Below are positions 53,155 to 64,000 of a DNA stretch of 64,000 nucleotides, in pieces. The notes beneath the pieces were generated by a model. The model was not told the DNA's origin and did not search any database. It saw only the letters and a list, made by a program, of their open reading frames with translations. The stretch's first letter is position 1. Every line of letters begins with the position of its first letter. The position numbers were made by a program, and so were the translations under genes. The stretch comes from Tubiluchus corallicola (taxonomy: Eukaryota; Animalia; Priapulida): NCBI GenBank assembly GCA_030141605.1, contig JAQGDQ010000898.1:18487-82486 (forward strand), written 5' to 3'.

Positions 53155-56100
53155 CAAAAATAACACAAGAGTGAGAGGCAAGAGCGCCAATTTAGTATTT
53201 GAAAGTAACAATTTGTTCAAAGTGATTTTCAACTTTTTAGATTTTAAAATTGCATAACAAAAAGTTCTTTCAGACAGAAAAGACAAGATGCAAACAAGCA
53301 ATATGGGTTCATAGGCTTATGGAAACTCTTTACTCAAAGGGGGGGGGGGGGCAGAGCAGTTGATTTTTTCAAAATTTTAAAAGAATAAAAACACTAATTC
53401 GTAATAAAAAGTATTTTTACATGCCGATGATAAACAGCTCAAATCACACAACATGTAGCCTAAAAATATTGTTTTGTGTCTTTCCCACTAGCAAAAATAT
53501 CAATTATTGTTTGGCATTGTTATCAAAAAAGTTTTGCTAATAGTCTCAAGATGTTCAAACAAATGCTCAAAGTTGAAAGAACTATCTGATCTAATTTACT
53601 AATATATAAATCTCAAAATTCAATGCTTTGAATGTCAACAGGAATACTGTGAGCAAGGTAATTAAAATTAGTACTGCTTTCATAATACCCAGTGAAGAAA
53701 GCATTTAGTGGCAGGTGGCCAAGTGCACTGCGCTACAGTCACAATACTCTTACAATTAAATACATAGAGTAGCCCACTAAAATAGTGCCAGTGATAAATA
53801 GCTAACCAATTATGTCAGGTTTTGCACCTGCATTTAAAATTGAAACTTGTTTATCAATTTCACAAGATGTTAGAAAAGTATTTGACCGATAAGGTTCCTA
53901 AGTTCTGTGCATACTAAATTTTTCCTCTATAATTACAGGAATATAAAAATTGCTTATAATAAATATATTAGAAAATTACTTTCACTTCAGTATGTTCACA
54001 GTGCAGGACAAGTTTGTTTATATTTACAACTTAATATATATGTTTATATATCCCTTACTCTATAGTAAGATGCTCAGCTTACTCTCTATTTGTTAGGCTA
54101 CGAAATTCACAAAACGTCTTCGTGGAATTTTGAACTCACACAGCTATTTTCAGTCTGAAATATTTAAACGTACATTCGAAATGAACAGTATACTTGACAT
54201 TCATTTAGCTATGGATATCTGAAAAAGATTGCAGGATTAAAATGATACATGTCTATTGTGAAAAAGGCACAGTCAATATATGTAGCAACAAACCAAACTC
54301 CTTTAGTGACACAAACACTTTATTATTGACTTTCTTTCCTGTATATTATGTTGTGACTACTACATTAAAATTGTAAAAGCTCAAATCAGTTGAAACTGGT
54401 TAACCTTGGGTAATGCATATCAGAAACCAGTCAAGTGAGAAAATGATTCACTGTAGTCTAACTTGCTGTAAAGTTGTAATGTTGCTAAAGTTTATAAAGT
54501 TCATAAACAAACTCATGAATCAGTTCACGACATCTTTTTTATTATTATTATTATAGTTTAAAGATGTAGCTTTAGATGTTTTTTGCAATTACGATTGTAA
54601 ATGTACTTGTAACTGTATGTAACTGATGACTTAGCTGTCGAAATAAATAATCTAATGTAATCTACTCTGTGCAGGTACCAGAGATTTAAATGCAGTGTAA
54701 GGAGAGTGGAAATGATTTTATTTTATGATTATCTATCAGATATTCGATAATTGGTTTTCATGTATGGCAACTTGATAATGGCAGTGAGCAGCTGAAGAAC
54801 CCTGCATGGTCAAGTATATAAAAATTTGGTATGATTACTTATTAACACACTTCTAGCACTACAATAACTATTTTAATTAAAAAAACAAACAAGAAGCAAA
54901 CAAGAAAGTTTCATAAACAATAGACCAAAATACTAATCTTTTATTCATACTAAGAATTCGCAAGTAAAGTAAAAGTTGGCACTTTGCTCTGCGTAAAAGC
55001 TAAAGTTAGTGAATGTACAGATCTATGTCAATTAATGTTAGCAAAATGGAAAATTAATTTGGGAATTACATTTGCATATTTTGGAAAAACAATTGCAGAA
55101 AAAAAGTGGCCCACAACAGGAGTAATGACATCGAGTATCGCTTCACATTGTTCTTTTCTTCGCTTGCTTTGCTCTTTGGTTTTTTCGAATCTTCGTTAAA
55201 GCGATAAAGGCATTCACGGAACTGTTTTGAATAGCAAGTGCAACATGCCTCGTATCTTTCAGGAGCCTGGTGTGCAGGACCCGTTACATTATTGAATGCA
55301 GTCTCTCCGAGAGCAAAATCCCGGCACAACTTTTTGATATCTTTCGCTTGAGTAGTGTTGTCTTGGCACAGACCTATGTTTTTAAAAAAGTCAGGGTGAG
55401 GCCCATAACCCCCACCACACCCTTCGGTTGCTGCTAACAGTACGGCAAGGAAGAAAAACAAAGTGAATGCATGCTTCAGATGCATCTCTTTCCCTGGAAT
55501 AGAAAAAACTCTAATAAGAATAAACACATGCAGACAATCACCCGGTTAGGGGAGAAGAATTTTCACACACGAGTCTGCAACAAATGTATTTCGATGTATT
55601 TAGTGACTTTGATAATGTCATTTTATATTTAAGTGAGAAATGTGACTAAGTACTCGTGCCAAAAAGTTTTTTCCATTTCAAAATTATTCTAAAACAGGAT
55701 TGAAAGCGCCACAAAAGTCTGTTTATGACGTGTACATAACCCAGTTTTGGGTTCCTTACACAATGGCTACCAAAATTGGTTCCTTACAAAATGGCTACCA
55801 AAATTAGTCTCTAAATTAGCTAAAATAATGGGGGTAGCTGCAAAGGTGAAATACATATGGACAGAAAAAAATCATTTTAATTATTCTAAATTTAAATTTA
55901 TGTTGTATTGTCATCATACTTTTTTTAGTTTTGGATAGTGCTGCCACCTTCAGGTGTACTTGTTAAAATTGTTAAAGCTTTCTGTTTACTGTTAAAATTT
56001 TCATTGGCTACAACAGTCTTTATGAATGCATAATCTCTAAATCTGTTTTCACACCTAAATGATTTCACCTGTAGTTTCTGGTCACTTGGTTTTCTGCTTT

Positions 56101-57107
56101 TCAACATGACACTACTTCACTGTTTATGTAGGCATTTCAGAATAAAATTTTACAACTAAATTTCAAGTTTTTTGGTTTCTTCAAACCAACATACGAAATG
56201 TAGTAAGTGAGCATATCTCGAGCTGCTGAGTAAATTAACTGAAAATAAACCGCTAAAATGTGTTGCTAATTTAAGATCATGAAAAGTGACAATACAAAAG
56301 TTTTCAACTGCCATTGCTAAATAGACTGACGTCAGCAAACATTTAAGAGGTAAACATACCGTCTGATTTTGCCCTGATTTAAGGGAACTCTGCACTTTAG
56401 CGTCTTCCCTTCAATCTGCAAATGGTGTTACTGAACATTCTACATTTCAAAACAATGTAAAAATAGAACCTTGAAGTCTGCCTTTGTAAGCATTCCAATT
56501 GTGTAAAATCTTGAAAAATTTTCTTAGCTAAAAGAACATTATTACAATGGTACATTATAGTTGTCAATTAAAGCGAATCAGTCTTATTAATGAACTTGTT
56601 ATACGAGCTACGGCGGCAAATAAATTCACGTGCAACTGTGTCTGCAAACTGTCATTATAACTGGCTATTAAATTTCAATTAATTTTACAAAAATAAATTA
56701 ATTAACTTACCTTTCTTTTAAAAGCAGTGTTGCGTATTTGCAGCATAGAATTCACATTTATAATTGCTAGACTTTAATGCACTGTTGCAGTTTTCAGTTG
56801 ATGCACTTTATTGCACTTATACAGTTGAACGATTGAGTTAGTGAGTTAGCCAATCAGTCAGTTAACTCAAACTGCACGAAGGGTTAGTTCTTCTGCGATC
56901 CAATACTTCTCAACTTCAAAAAATCATTTTGAATTCATAGCATGAGCCACTGCGTCACGTTCACATTCATCTCACATATTGAGTCGTGATATGACTTAAC
57001 AAACATGATATAACACAATGTAATGTAACACAACGCAACGTAATGTAAGGTAATATCACAGGAAAAAGTATGCAAGTTATAACTTTTGCCTAATACTATT
57101 TTATTAT
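53128..57107 (-). repeat. Right arm of ~4-kb inverted duplication
   Basis: Mirror of 46971-50937. Confidence 0.95.
55066..55485 (-). CDS. Inverted duplicate of the 48585 Cys-rich protein gene (139 aa)
   Basis: Reverse complement of 48585-49004 with 3 differences found by eye (S24G, an S-to-A change in the tail, one silent AAT/AAC). Confidence 0.82.
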   Translation of the reverse strand: MHLKHAFTLFFFLAVLLAATEGCGGGYGPHPDFFKNIGLCQDNTTQAKDIKKLCRDFALGETAFNNVTGPAHQAPERYEACCTCYSKQFRECLYRFNEDSKKPKSKASEEKNNVKRYSMSLLLLWATFFLQLFFQNMQM

Positions 57108-57335
57108 CTATTGTAGTTAATCAACTTAGCTATCAACAAGTTATCAACTTTTGTCTACAAACTACAAAGACAGGTGTCACTAATAGCAGTTGTGTTGGCT
57201 ATATGACCAGATTTGAATGCATGAAATCATCAACAGCTTGAGTAGTCGAATGCTTCATAGTGAGAAATTTAGTACTGTTAAAATGGCGTGTATCAAACCA
57301 CAAATGGGAGCAGTGAGTGATCGATTCCTATATAG

Positions 57336-57810
57336 CAGGGGTGCGCAAATTATCTGATTAACCGGGCCACATTAAACTTTCCCACAATTCCTGTGGGCCA
57401 CAGGCAGTTTGATCAAGGAGTCAAGTACAGAAAGGCCTAGTAACGATTTTTTGCATCCGACCTGAGTACATCATTACTACTACACTCAAGAAACTATTTT
57501 AGAAGCTATTAGAATTTATATTACAAACCATATATTTCAGGACAGATAGTGGTAATTTCATTACAATGCATATTAGTAATGTGTATCACACAGTCTGTGT
57601 AGTACAGTGACATTAAGCTACAACCGTCTTGTAAGGGGTTAATGGCATCCGATCTAGTAGAAAAAAACTACCCGCACTATCTTTGGGATGGTGGCACGGA
57701 CTTCAGCTGGATACACTCAATTAATCGCCTGGGCCGCACTTTCATTAGGTTGACAAACCTCTTCCCGGGCTGCACAAATTCTCTCGGCCGGCCGCAAGTG
57801 GCCCGCGGGC
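57336..57810 (-). mobile_element. hAT MITE family B, one end missing
   Basis: Reverse complement of most of 7020-7531. Confidence 0.75.
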
Positions 57811-58656
57811 AAATGAATACACAAGTATTCTCATGTACAAAGCGTTTGTGTTTGTTGGCCTGATTCTTATCCTCTGATTAACAGGTGTGGTCACTCAAAT
57901 ACAATCATGACTTCTCGGGCTGCAGTCAAATAAGGTAAGCAAATAGTTTCAACATGCAAGCAACGGCCAATATTTTTTTTATTATTATTATCATATTCAG
58001 TACAATATAATGACATTAAGCACACAGTGACATCAAAATTATTACATCTACTGTATTAACTTGTTATGTTTCATACACTATCGTTATCATAAAAGAATAA
58101 TTGTACTGCAGTGGGCTAGAGAAGCAAAGGCTTGTATAAGCCCACTGTCATGTGAACCCGACAAAAAAATGGATGAGTGAACAAAAAAAAGAACTGGGAG
58201 AAAGGTTAGATCACACAGGAAGGGTAGGATGTGTTAGTAGAAATGGTAGGAAGAAAGATAATAGATTGCGCTATGTTGACATCAGCTCTAAAGATTTATC
58301 AATGATGTCTTGTTTTGCATAATCTGTACCAGGATTGCGATATGACTGCTGCAGTAGGTGTAGGAAATTAGGAAGTGTTGTACTTGTTGAGAATCATTCA
58401 ATATTCAACGATCAATATACCATCTTTCACCTTAGAACTCAGAACACCAGAGTATTATGAAAGCAATATCCGCTAGCCATTGTTTTTTGGGTGTCGCCAT
58501 TACACTATATGAGCTCTTTTTGAACTAGCATGTTCACTAACACCTCAGACCTAATATTACGTGTAATATTGTTATCGTAAATAGCTATATTGAATTTTGT
58601 AAATGAACCCTTGCAAATAGAGGGGAAACAATGTTTTTATTGCTTAATAAAAGACT

Positions 58657-58882
<226 letters not shown>

Positions 58883-59403
58883 TCTCTCTCTCACTCTTTA
58901 ATGCATGCACTCACTCTCTTTCTCCCTCTACCTCTTTCTCTCTCACTTCCTCTCTTATCTTTCCTTCTCTTTCTCTCCCTTCTCTTTCTCTTTGTCTTTG
59001 AATTCCTTTTTCTCTCTTCTGTCGTCTCGTTCTGGCTTTCTATCTTCTCTCTCTCTTTCACACTCTCTCTTTCTCTCTCTCTGTTTCTACCTCTCTCCCA
59101 CTAGTCTATCCACTTCTATTTACCTTGGCCATGACGTTGTCGAAGAAATACCAGTAAACTTCCTACAGGATCACCAGTTTATGTTCTTAGCAAATTCGTA
59201 AGTTAAGCATGCTAATATTTGAATCTCTACACATAGTCAAACTTCAAATTCGGAAATTAAGCATTCTAATATTTGAATCTCTCTACATACAGTCGAACTT
59301 CAAACTTTGTTACAATGTCGGATTCTACTGCTCTAGTGAGATTGTTCCTCAAATACATTCTTTGAAGAGCAGAAGTGTGAACAAAGCTACAATGTGTCTA
59401 CTA

Positions 59404-59532
<129 letters not shown>

Positions 59533-59879
59533 TTAAAATTATGGTAGTTGTGTAGTATAATGTCAAAATTGAATACAAGACTGGCAAATTTTCATCATAT
59601 CTTCTTTAGATTACTTTGTCATAAGAACATATGGCACTTGTTTACCTGTGAAATACCTGTGCCTCTGCCGACTACTACTTTTTTTTAGTTTAATGGCGTC
59701 ATTGAAACAGTATTGCGAGAAATTTAAAAAGAAAACAAACAAAAATCCTTTCAATGTGAGTACGATATATGCATAAAATTGCTATAAAGTAGTATCATAT
59801 TTTTAAGGAGATTTTTCTGAAACTTGCTTTCGGTGCCCCTTTTCTTGTCCTTTAAATAAATTATCTGGTTTTGTTACAG

Positions 59880-61898
59880 ATTTTTTGGTACAAGATGCAT
59901 CCTGATTATAACACCCCAAAAAGAGGCAAAATTGTGACATTGGAAGGTGTTCATCATGATATTGCTCTTGTAAGAATGAATGAACCTGTTGAGTTTACTG
60001 ATGATATTCATTATGACATTGGAAGGTGTTCATCGTGATATAGCTCTTGTAAGAATGAATGAACCTGTTGCATTTACTGATGATATTCATTATGACATTG
60101 GAAGGTGTTCATCATGATATTGCTCTTGTAAGAATGAATGAACCTGTTGTGTTTACTGATGATATTCATTATGACATTGGAAGGTGTTCATCATATTGCT
60201 CCTGTAAGAATGAACGAACCTGCTGAGTTTACTGATGATATTCATTATGACATTGGAAGGTGTTCATCATGATATAGCTCTTGTAAGAATGAATGAACCT
60301 GTTGTGTTTACTGATGATATTCATTATGACATTGGAAGGTGTTCACCATGATATTGCTCTTGTAAGAATGAATGAACCTATTGAGTTTACTGATGATATT
60401 CATTATGACATTGGAAGGTGTTCATCATGATATTGCTCTTGTAAGAATGAATGAATCTGTTGCGTTTACTGATGATATTCATTATGACATTGGAAGGTGT
60501 TCATCATGATATTGCTCCTGTAAGAATGAATGAACCTGTTGAGTTTACTGATGATATTCATTATGACATTGGAAGGTGTTCATCATGATATTGCTCTTGT
60601 AAGAATGAATGAACCTGTTGAGTTTACTGATGATATTCATTATGACATTGGAAGGTGTTCATCATGATATTGCTCTTGTAAGAATGAATGAACCTGTTGA
60701 GTTTACTGATGATATTCATTATGACATTGGAAGGTGTTCATCATGATATTGCTCTTGTAAGAATGAATGAACCTGTTGAGTTTACTGATGATATTCATTA
60801 TGACATTGGAAGGTGTTCATCATGATATTGCTCTTGTAAGAATGAATGAACCTGTTGAGTTTACTGATGATATTCATTATGACATTGGAAGGTGTTCATC
60901 ATGATATTGCTCTTGTAAGAATGAATGAACCTGTTGTGTTTACTGATGATATTCATTATGACATTGGAAGGTGTTCATCATGATATAGCTCTTGTAAGAA
61001 TGAATGAACCTATTGAGTTTACTGATGATATTCATTATGACATTGGAAGGTGTTCATCATGATATTGCTCTTGTAAGAATGAATGAACCTGTTGAGTTTA
61101 CTGATGATATTCATTATGACATTGGAAGGTGTTCATCATGATATTGCTCTTGTAAGAATGAATGAACCTGTTGAGTTTACTGATGATATTCATTATGACA
61201 TTGGAAGGTGTTCATCATGATATTGCTCTTGTAAGAATGAATGAACCTATTGAGTTTACTGATGATATTCATTATGACATTGGAAGGTGTTCATCATGAT
61301 ATTGCTCTTGTAAGAATGAATGAACCTGTTGAGTTTACTGATGATATTCATTATGACATTGGAAGGTGTTCATCATATTGCTCCTGTAAGAATGAATGAA
61401 CCTGTTGAGTTTACTGATGATATTCATTATGACATTGGAATGTGTTCATCATGATATTGCTCTTGTAAGAATGAATGAACCTATTGAGTTTACTGATGAT
61501 ATTCATTATGACATTGGAAGGTGTTCATCATGATATTGCTCTTGTAAGAATGAATGAACCTGTTGAGTTTACTGATGATATTCATTATGACATTGGAAGG
61601 TGTTCATCATGATATTGCTCTTGTAAGAATGAATGAACCTATTGAGTTTACTGATGATATTCATTATGACATTGGAAGGTGTTCATCATGATATTGCTCT
61701 TGTAAGAATGAATGAACCTGTTGAGTTTACTGATGATATTCATTATGACATTTAAATGTGTTCATCATGATATTGCTGTTGTAAGAATGAATGAACCTAT
61801 TGAGTTTACTCATGATATTCAACCCACTAAATTGCCTACATGTAACAACTATAGTTACGTTAATGAATATGTTACCATCATAGGATGGGGAAATGAAG
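59880..61898 (+). pseudogene. Trypsin-like (S1) serine protease exon disrupted by internal tandem amplification
   Basis: Acceptor ttgttacag| then IFWYKMHPDYNTPKRGKIVTLEGVHHDIALVRMNEPVEFTDDI...; the last unit continues IQPTKLPTCNNYSYVNEYVTIIGWGNE|gt. HPxY, DIAL (catalytic Asp), IQPxxLP and GWG motifs are present. The 79-bp repeats introduce frameshifts and stops. Confidence 0.8.
59932..61821 (+). repeat. 79-bp tandem array, 24 units, derived from protease coding sequence
   Basis: Unit ttatgacattggaaggtgttcatcatgatattgctcttgtaagaatgaatgaacctgttgagtttactgatgatattca; period 79 (60011 to 60090); two units lack 3 nt. Confidence 0.95.
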
Positions 61899-62585
61899 GT
61901 AGAATGAAATTTTAGCTCTTAAGAGAAACGAAATTATTTTTTGTTAGTTTTAGTCGTAATTCTGTCAAATTAAAGTTTTATATCTCATTTAGAGGACATG
62001 GATCTCACAACTTAGACTAATACTCAATTCTGACTGTCAACACTGAAAATGTGTTCATGGTGATGGAGCCTAGTCTAGCTGAAAGCAAACTCCTCTATTT
62101 TTATACTGATCTGGATCTAATTTGAAAAACAAATGTGTGCTCAACTTGCCCACACATTAATCATCCAAAGATGGACAAGCGCCCACAAAAACACGTAGAC
62201 TTGTTTAAATTTTACATTTTGGCCCTTTATTCTTATGCCATCGTCAGAATAAATACCTAGGCAAAAATAAACAAACGCACCCGCACACACACGCACGCAC
62301 ACATGCACCCACAGCAGTCAATTTGCACACAAATTTGATTAGTGAAAACACCCAACTCCAGTGTCCTATATACATGTATGTATCACCTTTATTCACACAT
62401 GATGTTACGAAGTATAGCAGGGTTATAATCCAGGAAGAATGACAACAACGTAAGAGCTTTCTATTTAGAAATTTTAATTTTGCTTTGCTCACATTTAAGC
62501 AACCCGAGTTGGGGAAATGAAAAAACTAAAAAATGTTTAAAAGGATTCATGAATTCATATTTGGTTCTTGTTATGGTTTTTGCAG

Positions 62586-62713
62586 AAACCTCCTTTAACT
62601 TGGGATATGAACCCAAATCGCCAAAATCTCACCAACCTGGAGATATCCCTGCCATTTCCACACCACTTACGAAATGCTTCTGGACACCTTACCCTCTTGC
62701 AGATTTTGCAGCG
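62586..62713 (+). other. Candidate next exon of the protease-like gene
   Basis: tttttgcag| acceptor and GCG|gtaaga donor; open and phase-compatible (1 to 0) with the previous exon, but the peptide (ETSFNLGYEPK...CFWTPYPLADFAA) has no clear trypsin motif. Confidence 0.35.
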
Positions 62714-63137
62714 GTAAGACATTATTTATAATCATTATTTCAAGATTACTTATTAATCCAAAATTAGTTATATGAACTTTTCAAATTAACAGGATCGACA
62801 GAAGGAAATGTCAAAAGTTAGAACAAAGCCTGTACATTTAAATCAGGAACCTTTGGGATACAAGGTTCATCACGTCAGATCTTTTTGTTGTTTTTTCTCA
62901 GCTTGTTTCGAAATATTTCATCATTTACTTTCGCAGGCATTATTATATCAATACAACTGCTCATTGTCGGTCTACAATAGATGTAATAGTCGCAAAAGTA
63001 TATTACTTCTTAATATGTTATTAGCACACTTTGCAAACTTTGGTCAACTTTCATGTGTTGTACATGTTTACGAAATTTCTCTAACAGAATGGAACTTCAT
63101 ATGGACGGTATTATTTATGACAATTTTATGATCAATA

Positions 63138-63213
<76 letters not shown>

Positions 63214-63767
63214 CTGAGAATTTGTTTTAGATGTAAAACTTCTTCATACATTCACATTATTTCTCTTTATTGTGCTAATTTAATATGAAAACTAGTGCAA
63301 TTCTGACTAATATGGATTGCTGAATGTTGCTTTTCTTGTGAGTTTACTCAACTATTAAACACATATATATTAATCCTTTTTATAAAACTGTTTGATGACA
63401 AACTGGTATAGTTTACATATTTGCTGTCACAATTCAGCAAATAAACCCTGACCTAAAAAATTTATTTGCTTCTCCTGACGTTTCCCAGAAAACATCCTGG
63501 ATCTTTTTTGTCAACACCTAGTCTGGATCAGTACAGGTATAATGGATGGACAAACATTTCATTAGCTAAGCCAATACATCACAACACTGACAAGAGAACA
63601 TTGTGTATAATAGGTGATACATGGGTAATGATGATTTCCATTTATCTGACCAGCTATCGGGTAGAGGAGCGTGTGATGAATGTACATTCATTCGAATTTA
63701 TGCAACAATTCTGAAATAGGAAATCTTTACTTTTTTCCTATTAGCGCATGCAGTCTAGAATTGAGGA

Positions 63768-64000
63768 ATGGAGAAAAATAACTCTGTTAATGTTAGCACT
63801 GAAATTGATGATCTTCAACTTCGAGTAACACTCGACATTTTCTCTATAGTTTTGGGCATCGCCATCATCATCTTCAATGCTTTCGTCGTCGTGGTCATCA
63901 TCAAATCGCACAACCTGCACGTGCCACTCTTCTACATTCTGTGCAGTCTTTCCATTGCTGATCTGCTAGCTGGGTTCTTCTTGATTATACAAACCACTGC
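63768..64000 (+). CDS. Class A (rhodopsin-like) GPCR, N-terminus through TM2, runs off the window
   Basis: MEKNNSVNVSTEIDDLQLRVTLDIFSIVLGIAIIIFNAFVVVVIIKSHNLHVPLFYILCSLSIADLLAGFFLII: two N-glycan sequons, TM1 Asn, LHxP loop, SLxxADLLAG TM2 motif; acceptor ttttttcctattag ends at 63744. Confidence 0.88.
   Translation, partial: MEKNNSVNVSTEIDDLQLRVTLDIFSIVLGIAIIIFNAFVVVVIIKSHNLHVPLFYILCSLSIADLLAGFFLIIQTT

Noticed and set aside
59932-61821. Clean intron gain by duplication of an AG|GT proto-splice site
   Set aside because: The last unit has lost AGGT (tttaaatgt); splicing to unit 23 leaves one extra unit and a TAA stop, so simple restoration fails.
63745-63770. Protease-GPCR fusion transcript
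   Set aside because: An in-frame TGA (63762-63764) lies between the acceptor and the GPCR ATG.

Overview
AT-rich, repeat-dense metazoan (invertebrate-like) genomic DNA; no prokaryotic features or CRISPR. The backbone appears to be a large minus-strand MAGI (inverted MAGUK) gene: a clear 114-nt internal exon at 59409-59522 and a probable alternative first coding exon at 15771-16467. Several genes lie in its inferred introns: three members of a small secreted Cys-rich family with a hydrophobic C-terminal tail (5283+, 48585+, 55485-), two of them in the arms of a ~4-kb inverted duplication; a trypsin-like protease exon whose catalytic-Asp segment is amplified 24 times as a 79-bp minisatellite; and the start of a class A GPCR at the right edge. 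The rest is mostly mobile DNA: seven piggyBac-like TTAA MITEs, three hAT-type MITE families, a young 5'-truncated LINE, bipartite RTE elements (one with a 5S rRNA head), a TIR element carrying a 42-bp satellite, and many mini- and microsatellites. All family assignments are by eye from remembered motifs; no database searches were run.
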